From IMG/VR virus record IMGVR_UViG_3300046653_000093, positions 62,001-126,000 of that record: 64,000 nucleotides of DNA. One strand, given 5' to 3'. This document shows positions 1 through 7,455 of this stretch, piece by piece (the first letter of the stretch is position 1; each line of letters begins with the position of its first letter). Under the pieces are notes generated by a model, which did no database searches, had not been told where the DNA came from, and worked only from the letters and a program-made list of their open reading frames with translations. A program made the translations under genes and the position numbers.

Positions 1-2
1 AT

Positions 3-73
3 GCCCATGTAGTATAATGACATTACATTTCCTTGGTAAGGAAAAAAATCTGGTTTGATTCCAGCCTTGGGCT
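3..73 (+). tRNA. tRNA-Thr(GGT), slightly degenerate
   Basis: Acceptor GCCCATG/CTTGGGC (one mismatch); anticodon arm TTTCC-TTGGTAA-GGAAA; T-arm CTGG-TTTGATT-CCAG (TTT rather than TTC). Confidence 0.75.
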
Positions 74-117
74 CTAATAGTAGTTCGATTCAGAATTCAG
101 CTGATATATGCCAACGC

Positions 118-762
118 ATGAGAGCTGGATTAACATACGAAGAAGCCGGTAAACTTGGGGCAATTGCTTACGCCAAAACAGCAGCTACTCTAAAGCAACA
201 AAGAGTAGATAATTGGAACAATAATCCTAAGCTTTGTAAGGCATGTAGTAGCGCAATTCCATACGAGAAGCGTCAGAATAATTTCTGCAGCCACAAATGT
301 TCGGCAGCATTTAATAACAAGGGAATTAGAAGAAATGGTAACGCACCAATAAGCTGCCTCAACTGCGCAACTGAAACTCACAACCCAAAGTTTTGCTCTT
401 CTAATTGTGCGCTTGAATGGAATTGGAAAGAGGCAAAGCAGCATTTGATAGACACTGGAGTCGATGAATCTTGTGCTAATAAAATTGGTAAAAGATATCT
501 GATAGAATTGCACGGTAGATGCCAGCAGTGCTTGTCATCTGAGTGGCAAGGAAAAGCAATCCCGTTAGTTCTAGATCATATCAACGGAAACCCATATGAT
601 AACTCATTACCAAATCTCAGGGTAATATGTCCTAATTGCGACGCTCAAACCCCAACCTTTGCAGGAAGGAATAGAGGCAATGGTAGGTTTGAGAGAGCGA
701 AGCGTTATAAGTTTGAGAAAGATACATTTTGTGATCTAAACAGATCACAATGGAAACATTAA
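118..762 (+). CDS. HNH endonuclease with N-terminal Cys-rich zinc fingers (free-standing homing type)
   Basis: LDHINGNPYDNSLPNLRVICPNC; repeated CxxC...FCSxxC motifs; start moved to ATG 118 because the ORF-track start overlaps the tRNA. Confidence 0.85.
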   Translation: MRAGLTYEEAGKLGAIAYAKTAATLKQQRVDNWNNNPKLCKACSSAIPYEKRQNNFCSHKCSAAFNNKGIRRNGNAPISCLNCATETHNPKFCSSNCALEWNWKEAKQHLIDTGVDESCANKIGKRYLIELHGRCQQCLSSEWQGKAIPLVLDHINGNPYDNSLPNLRVICPNCDAQTPTFAGRNRGNGRFERAKRYKFEKDTFCDLNRSQWKH

Positions 763-1427
763 TTTGCATAAACCCGCATAGAAGTATGGTTTCCAAAATT
801 TCTATCGTCGGGGTTGATGATAGTGTATGTCCCGCAGATCTAGTTGATATTTCACAGACCTTTCAGTTTGTTGAGTGGGGCGTTAATCTATGCCCTGAAC
901 AAGAACAGAGGCCTGGACACCCCTCATCCGAATGGCTTGAAGAACTACTACCTTGCGCTGAAGATCTCCGATTGCGCGGAATCCTGCACGGCCGCTGGGA
1001 AAATGATGTGCTTGAAGGTGCTCCATCGCTAAAGGAGGAACGTCCAGATATCTGGGCAGCTTTTAGATGGTTGCAAGTTGACATCAGGAAAGATCCAAAG
1101 AAGATATTAACATCACTGCAACATTACCCAGATAAGATTATTCTATATACAAATCTAGAGCCAACATTTTCATCTAGGATTCTATTACCAAGAAATAAGA
1201 TATTTACATGTCTTGATTATTGTGGATACGATTTACTTGAGTCTGACCTTGATTGGTTGTGCCAAGAAACGAAGAAGTCATTTTGGGTAAGCATCGAGGG
1301 ATTTAGATCTGATGACGAGATTACCATGGACCTCTCTAGGGTAGTGAAGTTTTTGAATAGGGCAGAAGATTTTGTCACCCATGATAGTTTGGTGAAATCT
1401 CTGCGTCATAAGGGTTATCGAATATGA
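750..1427 (+). CDS. Conserved phage hypothetical protein, possibly TIM-barrel (TrpF-like)
   Basis: N-terminal GVDDSV...FQFVEWGV pattern; possible start at 786. Confidence 0.4.
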   Translation: METLICINPHRSMVSKISIVGVDDSVCPADLVDISQTFQFVEWGVNLCPEQEQRPGHPSSEWLEELLPCAEDLRLRGILHGRWENDVLEGAPSLKEERPDIWAAFRWLQVDIRKDPKKILTSLQHYPDKIILYTNLEPTFSSRILLPRNKIFTCLDYCGYDLLESDLDWLCQETKKSFWVSIEGFRSDDEITMDLSRVVKFLNRAEDFVTHDSLVKSLRHKGYRI

Positions 1428-2299
1428 TCCTGAACCACATCAAGCAAATCGCACATTCCAACTACTCCGAAGAGATTCGGCATGTAACGAAGGAAGAGGT
1501 AGCCGCCCTAAGTTCACTTGACCTATCAATGCTTCACTCAATCATGATTGGGCCGCATGTAAGTTTGGCGTTAGCGGTACTTCAGCGTATTGGTTTCTTT
1601 GAAGATCTCATCCCGGAGATTCAGGAAGGGCTTGACCTCAAGAGTTCGAAGCACTTCAAAGAAATCTGGCCGCATACGATTCAGGTAGTTGGACAAACTC
1701 CGCCGGTTATCAACATTCGCTGGGCGGCACTGTTTCACGATCTGGGTAAGGCTAAGGCATTCGATATCAAGAACAACAAGGTTACATTCCATAACCACGA
1801 ACATATCAGCGCATACATCTTCGATCAGTTTGCAAAGCGTACTGGGATTTTCAGTAACGGACAGCGAAGATCTATCCGATTCCTTGTAGCCAATTTGGGT
1901 TATGTTGAAGCGTATGATAGCTCTTGGACTGATACCGCCGTACGTAGGTTTGATAAGGAAGTTAGTATTTTTATTGATGACCTCTTGACTTTATCCGAGG
2001 CTGATATTACAACTAGCAAACCGGAAAACAGAAGGAGGATCCTTCGCAGGATTCAAGAGCTGAGAGACCGTATTGCAGATATACGAGAAAAAGACTCCAA
2101 GCAACGCCCGCTTCCAAAGGGATTGGGAAATGCTATCTCTGACAACCTAGGAATTCCGTTAGGGCCTAGAATTGGGCAGCTGATGAAAGAATTAGAGGGA
2201 AAGGTTGAGATAGGAGAAATATCGGCAAATGAAGATATCACATACTATATTGAACACCTAAGAAAGTCCCAAGTCGAGATTGCTAATACGCCAGCATAA
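1424..2299 (+). CDS. HD-domain phosphohydrolase resembling the C-terminal half of bacterial CCA-adding enzymes, without an NTase head
   Basis: HT...RWAALFHDLGK...TFHNHE...WTDTAVRRF...ADITT and a GPRIG tail; no GGxVRD or DxD motifs. Confidence 0.8.
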   Translation: MILNHIKQIAHSNYSEEIRHVTKEEVAALSSLDLSMLHSIMIGPHVSLALAVLQRIGFFEDLIPEIQEGLDLKSSKHFKEIWPHTIQVVGQTPPVINIRWAALFHDLGKAKAFDIKNNKVTFHNHEHISAYIFDQFAKRTGIFSNGQRRSIRFLVANLGYVEAYDSSWTDTAVRRFDKEVSIFIDDLLTLSEADITTSKPENRRRILRRIQELRDRIADIREKDSKQRPLPKGLGNAISDNLGIPLGPRIGQLMKELEGKVEIGEISANEDITYYIEHLRKSQVEIANTPA

Positions 2300-2304
2300 G
2301 GTGT

Positions 2305-2706
2305 ATGTCAGAAACAATCATTATCGACAATAGCTTCTTCACTTTGTCATATAACCCAGATACCAAGATCGTTCATCACGAAATAAAAGTTGCCCTCACT
2401 CACCAGGCGTTCATTAACTTGCTCACTGGTGGAGAGGCGGCTTTGAAAAGCAACCAGGCTATCAAGTGGTTGTCAGATGACCGTAAGTACAGCTCTCTAA
2501 CTGCCGAAAATATGGATTGGTCTGGCCAGTGGTTACCTGGGGCCATGGCAGAGACCGGCTGGAAATATTGGGCGAGGGTTGTTGATAAGATGCCACCAAA
2601 GCCAATTCAGGATCAATTCGTTTCCGGTTATGGCAGTTACGGTCTTGTGGCAAAGATATTCACAGATATGTCTGCGGCAATGAAGTGGCTAGAAGATCAG
2701 GTGTAA
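2305..2706 (+). CDS. STAS/SEC14 (SpoIIAA-like) domain protein
   Basis: KWLSDDR...WLPGAMAETGWKYWARV...FTDMSAAMKWL pattern. Confidence 0.6.
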   Translation: MSETIIIDNSFFTLSYNPDTKIVHHEIKVALTHQAFINLLTGGEAALKSNQAIKWLSDDRKYSSLTAENMDWSGQWLPGAMAETGWKYWARVVDKMPPKPIQDQFVSGYGSYGLVAKIFTDMSAAMKWLEDQV

Positions 2707-2838
2707 GCTACTAATACTTTGGAATAATTATCTAACCTGTCTCTTGAACACAACGATGATAGTTGGTTGGAACAGGACAAACCACTAACCATGGTTTGTG
2801 GCCATACCATAGCAGAATAATTCAGGGTGGTCATTTTT

Positions 2839-2910
2839 GCGGGCGTAGTTCAGCGGTAGAACGCGATCCTTCCAAGTTCGATGTCAGGAGTTCGATCCTC
2901 CTCGCCCGCT
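2839..2910 (+). tRNA. tRNA-Gly(TCC)
   Basis: GCGGGCG/CGCCCGC acceptor, U73, anticodon loop CTTCCAA, GTTCGATC T-loop. Confidence 0.92.
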
Positions 2911-2934
2911 CTACCAATAATCTGGAGTTCTAAC

Positions 2935-3030
2935 ATGGGTATTAAGAAACATAGAAGTATTAAGACGCATCGTGTTCCTGGTGGTGCTGGTAGTGGATCA
3001 AAAGTGATTCCAATCAAGAGAACTAGTTAA
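2935..3030 (+). CDS. Small basic peptide (31 aa, MGIKKHRSIKTHRVPGGAGSGSKVIPIKRTS)
   Basis: GGAG 7 nt upstream of the ATG; fills the spacer between two tRNAs. Confidence 0.45.
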   Translation: MGIKKHRSIKTHRVPGGAGSGSKVIPIKRTS

Positions 3031-3035
3031 TATTT

Positions 3036-3108
3036 GCGGGCGTAACTCAATTGGCAGAGTACCAGCTTCCCAAGCTGGAGGTTGAGGGTCCGATGCCCTT
3101 CGCCCGCT
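3036..3108 (+). tRNA. tRNA-Gly(CCC)
   Basis: CCAGC-TTCCCAA-GCTGG anticodon arm; atypical T-loop TCCGATG. Confidence 0.88.
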
Positions 3109-3193
3109 CTCCCACCGGCGGTGGGAACAAATGGTTCTTAAGTGAACTGTTTCTGACTGTCACGATGTGAAAGCAGCGATTGATGGTCATTTC

Positions 3194-3274
3194 GCGGGCG
3201 TAGTCTAATGGTATGACAACAGCCTTCCAAGCTGTCTCCGAAAGGAATTGAGAGTTCGAGTCTCTTCGCCCGCT
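3194..3274 (+). tRNA. tRNA-Gly(TCC) with long variable arm
   Basis: ACAGC-CTTCCAA-GCTGT anticodon arm; 14-nt variable region containing TCC-GAAA-GGA. Confidence 0.88.
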
Positions 3275-3284
3275 CTCAACCCAC

Positions 3285-3357
3285 GCGGGTAACTCCTCAA
3301 TGGTGAGGTGCCTCGTTGCCAACGAGGAAGCGGCCAGTTCGATCCTGGTTACCCGCT
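3285..3357 (+). tRNA. tRNA-Gly(GCC)
   Basis: GCGGGTA/TACCCGC acceptor; CCTCG-TTGCCAA-CGAGG anticodon arm; A at position 8. Confidence 0.88.
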
Positions 3358-3390
3358 CAAACAACACAACGCATATCCTGGAATTATACC

Positions 3391-4305
3391 ATGGATTCCA
3401 ATAAGCTCCTTAAACGCTGGGCATCTTCAAATAGAGATATCAATTCTCAATTGGTAGTTTCTGAAAATCTATTAGATGGTTTCTTTGGTACCAAAGTTGC
3501 TGCTGAATCTATGGATGATGAAGCCTGTAAGATTCTATCAGCCTACGTGGCGTTCACCAGAGCGCTCTACTTAGTACATCAACAGAATCATTGGGACGCC
3601 CAAGCATATGGAGATCACTTACTCTTTCAACGACTATACGAAGGGGCACAAGAACTAGCAGACGACGCGGCTGAGCGTGTAAAGGGTCTGTGTGGTGACG
3701 TTATTTTTGAAGGTGAAGAGGCCATCACAAAGAAGTTTGAACCAAGTATCAAGACACTAAGCTCACTTCTAGAATCCTCGTTGGAGATTGAACGCGCATT
3801 CCAGGATGTATGTCAAAACACCTATGATGCCATGAAGAAAAAAGATATGATGACTCTTGGGCTTGATGATCTTCTTATGTCACAAGCCAGTCAAGGTGAA
3901 GTACATATTTACCTTCTGCAGCAGGCTTTAAAGGGACTAGGAGAAGATATGAGTAGTGTAGCTGATAATGCTAAAGAGATTCTTGAAAAGACCGAGAGTT
4001 TTAGGGATATTTTGGTGGTGGCCGGCAGGAAGCGCAAGCCAGAATATAAGCCAAAGGACATCATCGAGTATATCGAAGCTGCCCTCAAGGTTCGTCCACA
4101 TGAAGAAGTTTTCGCTTATATCAAGGGATTGGAAGAAGCCCTGCTAGATCAGGTCATCAACATCTTGATGAAAACTAACCCTGCTTTGTTGAAGAAGATC
4201 TTTGTTAGCAGCATCGCAAAGCCTGAAGTTGAAATTGAAGAAAAGATTGAATCTCCTGAGCTGCCAGGCTTGGAAGATGCGCAGAAGAGTGTTGTCCTGT
4301 TGTAA
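3391..4305 (+). CDS. Dps/ferritin-like protein with C-terminal extension
   Basis: HQQNHW...YGDHLLFQRLYE...DDAAER ferroxidase-type pattern; start moved to ATG 3391. Confidence 0.7.
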   Translation: MDSNKLLKRWASSNRDINSQLVVSENLLDGFFGTKVAAESMDDEACKILSAYVAFTRALYLVHQQNHWDAQAYGDHLLFQRLYEGAQELADDAAERVKGLCGDVIFEGEEAITKKFEPSIKTLSSLLESSLEIERAFQDVCQNTYDAMKKKDMMTLGLDDLLMSQASQGEVHIYLLQQALKGLGEDMSSVADNAKEILEKTESFRDILVVAGRKRKPEYKPKDIIEYIEAALKVRPHEEVFAYIKGLEEALLDQVINILMKTNPALLKKIFVSSIAKPEVEIEEKIESPELPGLEDAQKSVVLL

Positions 4306-4335
4306 TAGAAAAGAGGTAGTTGTTATGCTTTAGTT

Positions 4336-4569
4336 ATGCAAACAACCAACAATTACGTTCCGACAATTATAGAACGCAGCGCCCGTCGAGCTACCCGCCG
4401 TATCTGCGGGGGTGATAGAGCTTTGCGTTACTTTAAAAAATCATCACATCGTTCTTATCGAAGAATGATGAACCAACAACTCAGCGACATTACGTCTGGT
4501 TACATCGACGTGGAAGATTACAACGATGAACCCGGTCATTGCAAATGCACCAGCTGGGATATTTGGTAG
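4336..4569 (+). CDS. Hypothetical basic protein
   Basis: ORF with upstream GAGG. Confidence 0.5.
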   Translation: MQTTNNYVPTIIERSARRATRRICGGDRALRYFKKSSHRSYRRMMNQQLSDITSGYIDVEDYNDEPGHCKCTSWDIW

Positions 4570-4659
4570 TTGATTGTATTACCTATTAATTGGCAACAGG
4601 TGATATTTCCCTATTATTTATAGGGTTTCAATAAAATTCAAAAATTACAGGGAGGTTAT

Positions 4660-5745
4660 ATGTCCACATCATTTTCTAGACTTATCACAAGTGTAGTTGT
4701 ATTCATGGCGCTTTCCTGTGGCAGCAAAGGGCAAGAGAGCGGCAATGGAAATACTGGAGGATCTGGTTACGTAATTCAAACTGGCGGAACCGGATCTGAT
4801 ATTGATGGAGGCTCTAATGGAGGTGGAACAACCTGTGCTCAGCAACAAGTCCCACTAAAAGTATTGCCTCCAGACATCTTGATAATTCAAGACAGATCTC
4901 AGTCGATGACTGATAACTCCAACGATAAAACCTGTACTGGTGGGTGCGGAGCGGCATCAAAATGGGCACAGGTAACCACCGCTATCGAGGATGTAGTTAA
5001 CTCTACCCAAAATTCTGTAAATTGGGGACTGTTCTATTTCAGCAATGGAGTTACCGAATGTGGAGTTAATACAACACCAGCTGTGTCTGTATCTCTAGGC
5101 AATGCCAGTCAGATTGTTACTTCTCTAACGGCAAATTCTCCAAGTGGCGCAACCCCAACAACTGCAACTGTAAATAATGCAGTTGCCTATATGCAGACAC
5201 TTACAGATCCTAATCCAAAGTATCTTTTGCTCGCAACAGATGGAGAACCAAACTGCCTTGGTGGAAATGCAAACAACAAAGACATTGCTGGGGCTACCGC
5301 AGCAATTGATAATGCAAAGTCTCTGGGCTTCCCCGTATTCGTTGTGGGTATTGGTAATGTCACTACAGCAACCTCAACACTAAATGGAATGGCTAACGCT
5401 GGTGGAAAAGCTCAAGCGGGCACCACAGCTTATTATGCGGTTACTGATACTGCGAGTCTTGAAACGGCCTTGACCAATATTGTAGGTATGGTATCTTCAT
5501 GTACCATCTCATTGCAAAATGTACCAAGTGGTCAATGGACAATTGCTATTTGGGCAACCGATTCTTCTGGTAAAACAATTCAGATCCAAAATAGCGCATC
5601 AGATGGTTGGGCCTATACTGACACAAACAAGTCGAGCATTGCACTGGTTGGACCAATATGTGATAACCTAAAGAATGGTACATATTCAAATATTCAGTTT
5701 GTTTATACTTGCCAAGATCAGGTTATTAATCCACCAGTGAACTAA
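4660..5745 (+). CDS. VWA-domain lipoprotein, myxobacterial type (CglB-like)
   Basis: GGAGG RBS; signal peptide with lipobox ALSC; Gly/Thr/Ser linker; MIDAS DRSQS, GATPT and TDGEPN; many Cys. Confidence 0.85.
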   Translation: MSTSFSRLITSVVVFMALSCGSKGQESGNGNTGGSGYVIQTGGTGSDIDGGSNGGGTTCAQQQVPLKVLPPDILIIQDRSQSMTDNSNDKTCTGGCGAASKWAQVTTAIEDVVNSTQNSVNWGLFYFSNGVTECGVNTTPAVSVSLGNASQIVTSLTANSPSGATPTTATVNNAVAYMQTLTDPNPKYLLLATDGEPNCLGGNANNKDIAGATAAIDNAKSLGFPVFVVGIGNVTTATSTLNGMANAGGKAQAGTTAYYAVTDTASLETALTNIVGMVSSCTISLQNVPSGQWTIAIWATDSSGKTIQIQNSASDGWAYTDTNKSSIALVGPICDNLKNGTYSNIQFVYTCQDQVINPPVN

Positions 5746-5746
5746 A

Positions 5747-5914
5747 GTGCCCAGACATATTCAAGAAAATCAATTATTATTAGCTAAAGAGAAAGATGTA
5801 GATAGGTTAGCTCAATATTTAGGTATTGATACAACAGGTTTATCAAAAGAAGATATAGCAAGTATTGTTGCTAGAAAAATTCAATTCTATACTGAGCCTG
5901 TTAATTACTATTGA
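5747..5914 (+). CDS. Small hypothetical protein (55 aa, GTG start)
   Basis: Open frame VPRHIQENQLLLAKEKDVDRLAQYLGID... filling the gap before tRNA-Ser. Confidence 0.45.
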   Translation: MPRHIQENQLLLAKEKDVDRLAQYLGIDTTGLSKEDIASIVARKIQFYTEPVNYY

Positions 5915-5915
5915 T

Positions 5916-5998
5916 GGAAAGACAAGCCAATTGGCGATGGCATCAATTTCGAAAATTGACGAGCGCAAGCCTTGGGGATTCGAATTCCTCTCTTTCCG
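5916..5998 (+). tRNA. tRNA-Ser(CGA)
   Basis: GGAAAGA/TCTTTCC acceptor, G73, TCAAT-TTCGAAA-ATTGA anticodon arm, long variable arm. Confidence 0.88.
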
Positions 5999-6011
5999 CA
6001 AAAATTATTAT

Positions 6012-6094
6012 GGTAGGACAATCCAATTGGTGATGGAACCTGTTTTGAAAACAGTCGAGCGCAAGCCTTGGGGATTCGAATTCCTCTCCTACCG
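6012..6094 (+). tRNA. tRNA-Ser(TGA)
   Basis: GGTAGGA/TCCTACC acceptor, G73, loop TTTGAAA; 3' half nearly identical to tRNA-Ser(CGA). Confidence 0.88.
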
Positions 6095-6098
6095 CAGA

Positions 6099-6401
6099 AT
6101 GAGTAGATACACAGAAATTGCTAAGCGTCTCCAAAGCGGAGAAACTGTCACGTATAAAGAGTTCGGTAATTCAATGTTACCAAAGATGAAAAGTGGCGTG
6201 AAGGTAAGTGTCCGCCCCTGTAAATTAGAAGATTGTAATGTTGGTGATATTGTCCTATCTAAAGTACATGGAGCCCATTATTTGCACTATGTCAAGGCTG
6301 TAGCCTCTGATGGTAAGGTTCAGATTGGAAATGCCCATGGACATATTAATGGATGGACAAGAACTGTCTTTGGTAAATTAGACTCCTTTGAAAATCCATA
6401 G
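6099..6401 (+). CDS. S24/S26-family peptidase-like protein
   Basis: GNSMLP serine motif, VGDIVL and GHINGW; true start is ATG 6099. Confidence 0.7.
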   Translation: MSRYTEIAKRLQSGETVTYKEFGNSMLPKMKSGVKVSVRPCKLEDCNVGDIVLSKVHGAHYLHYVKAVASDGKVQIGNAHGHINGWTRTVFGKLDSFENP

Positions 6402-6463
6402 TCGAGAAACGCGAAGTTCACGGCTATAAATTCAGCTAATAATTAAGAATAGATTTAATACCA

Positions 6464-6913
6464 AGATGCTTTACATAGGTAAAGTAAACCACATCGGTTC
6501 AGCCCCGCCGCCTTAGTTGGCCGTGGGGCTTTTGGGGTAGGTGCTCAATACTCAGATGGTACGAGAGCCACACCTGGATCCATTAGGCAGCGGTGACCAT
6601 GACGCAGGGATAGACCGAATTCGATGACAAGCGGATATTACAGCTAGTCTGGCATTGGAAAGACAATTGACAGCTCTGAGAAAGATCAGAGATCGAAGGT
6701 AAGCGGATTGCAGCTCCCTGGAATCTGGGAAGACAGATGACGGCCGGAAAGACAGCAAAGTCGATGAGTAAAGCGGACATGTATAAGCAGCTTCCCGACA
6801 ATTCGGATAGACGATTGACAGCTGGAATTAGACAGCAAATCTCGATGATAAGCGGAGCAAATTTATACAGCTACAGACAGCGGGAAAGACAGCTGACGGC
6901 GGGAACAGACCGC
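6464..6913 (+). ncRNA. Candidate large structured ncRNA upstream of tRNA-Ser(GGA)
   Basis: GC-richer than its flanks, no credible ORF, many stems; strand inferred from the flanking + strand tRNAs. Confidence 0.6.
6600..6913 (+). repeat. Tandem array of four 68-81 nt units plus one partial unit, each with two GAAAGA-type hairpins
   Basis: Units start at 6621, 6693, 6761 and 6842; shared TCGA(T)GA..AAGCGGA..CAGCT..stem-GRWAGA-stem-GACR-stem-GAAAGA-like-stem. Confidence 0.85.
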
Positions 6914-6918
6914 ATTAT

Positions 6919-7003
6919 GGAGAGTCAATCCGATTGGCGACGGAACCTGCTTGGAAAGTAGACGAGCGTAACAGCCTTGTGAGTTCGAATCTCACACTCT
7001 CCG
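6919..7003 (+). tRNA. tRNA-Ser(GGA)
   Basis: GGAGAGT/ACTCTCC acceptor, G73, loop TTGGAAA, GTGAG-TTCGAAT-CTCAC T-arm. Confidence 0.9.
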
Positions 7004-7008
7004 CAAAG

Positions 7009-7455
7009 ATGAATGTTAACCAAAAAGGCGTGGTTGGTTTGGTTAAGGTAATATCCGATTTAGTAAGTAGAGGATATGAAGTATTCACGCCAATTTCTGA
7101 TTTTTGCCCAGTTGATATTATTGTGGCAGATAGTAAAATGAACCTTAGGAGGATACAGGTAAAATACCGTGAACATGACAACAGGAATAAGAATGCAATA
7201 GTTGTACAACTTGACTCAATAGTAAATGGGAAAAGAGTTCCAGTTGATGTTTCGCTAATTGATGGGTGGGCAATATATTTCCCTGAAACTAATGAAATTT
7301 ACTACGTTCCCAAAAGTGAAGTGCAGGGCAGGAGTATTTGGCTATGCATTAGGGAGTATAAATTAAGAAGAAACAAATTAGCAAGTAAGTTTCTTGATCC
7401 TGATAGAATTTTTGGAGAGGCAATCCAACAGCTGGCGATGGAATCTGGTTGCTAA
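7009..7455 (+). CDS. PD-(D/E)XK endonuclease (group I intron-associated/homing type)
   Basis: KG...DLVSRGYEVFTPISDFCPVDII...RIQVKY pattern; start at ATG 7009. Confidence 0.8.
   Translation: MNVNQKGVVGLVKVISDLVSRGYEVFTPISDFCPVDIIVADSKMNLRRIQVKYREHDNRNKNAIVVQLDSIVNGKRVPVDVSLIDGWAIYFPETNEIYYVPKSEVQGRSIWLCIREYKLRRNKLASKFLDPDRIFGEAIQQLAMESGC

Noticed and set aside
3047-3367. 106 aa minus-strand ORF, and short ORFs at 6552-7181
   Set aside because: Shadow frames over tRNA genes and the structured RNA region.
5865-6098. Repeated peptide ERKPWGFEFLS at the N-terminus of ORF 5865..6401
   Set aside because: It is read-through of two near-identical tRNA-Ser 3' halves; the real CDS starts at 6099.
6600-6913. 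CRISPR or TIGR array; hammerhead ribozymes
   Set aside because: There are no identical repeats or constant-length spacers and no cas or Nop-domain gene in the window. TCGATGA resembles box C or the hammerhead core, but box D spacing and the GAAA after stem II are missing.
7009-7455. Group I intron around the PD-(D/E)XK gene
   Set aside because: The flanking tRNAs are uninterrupted and there is no room for an intron core.
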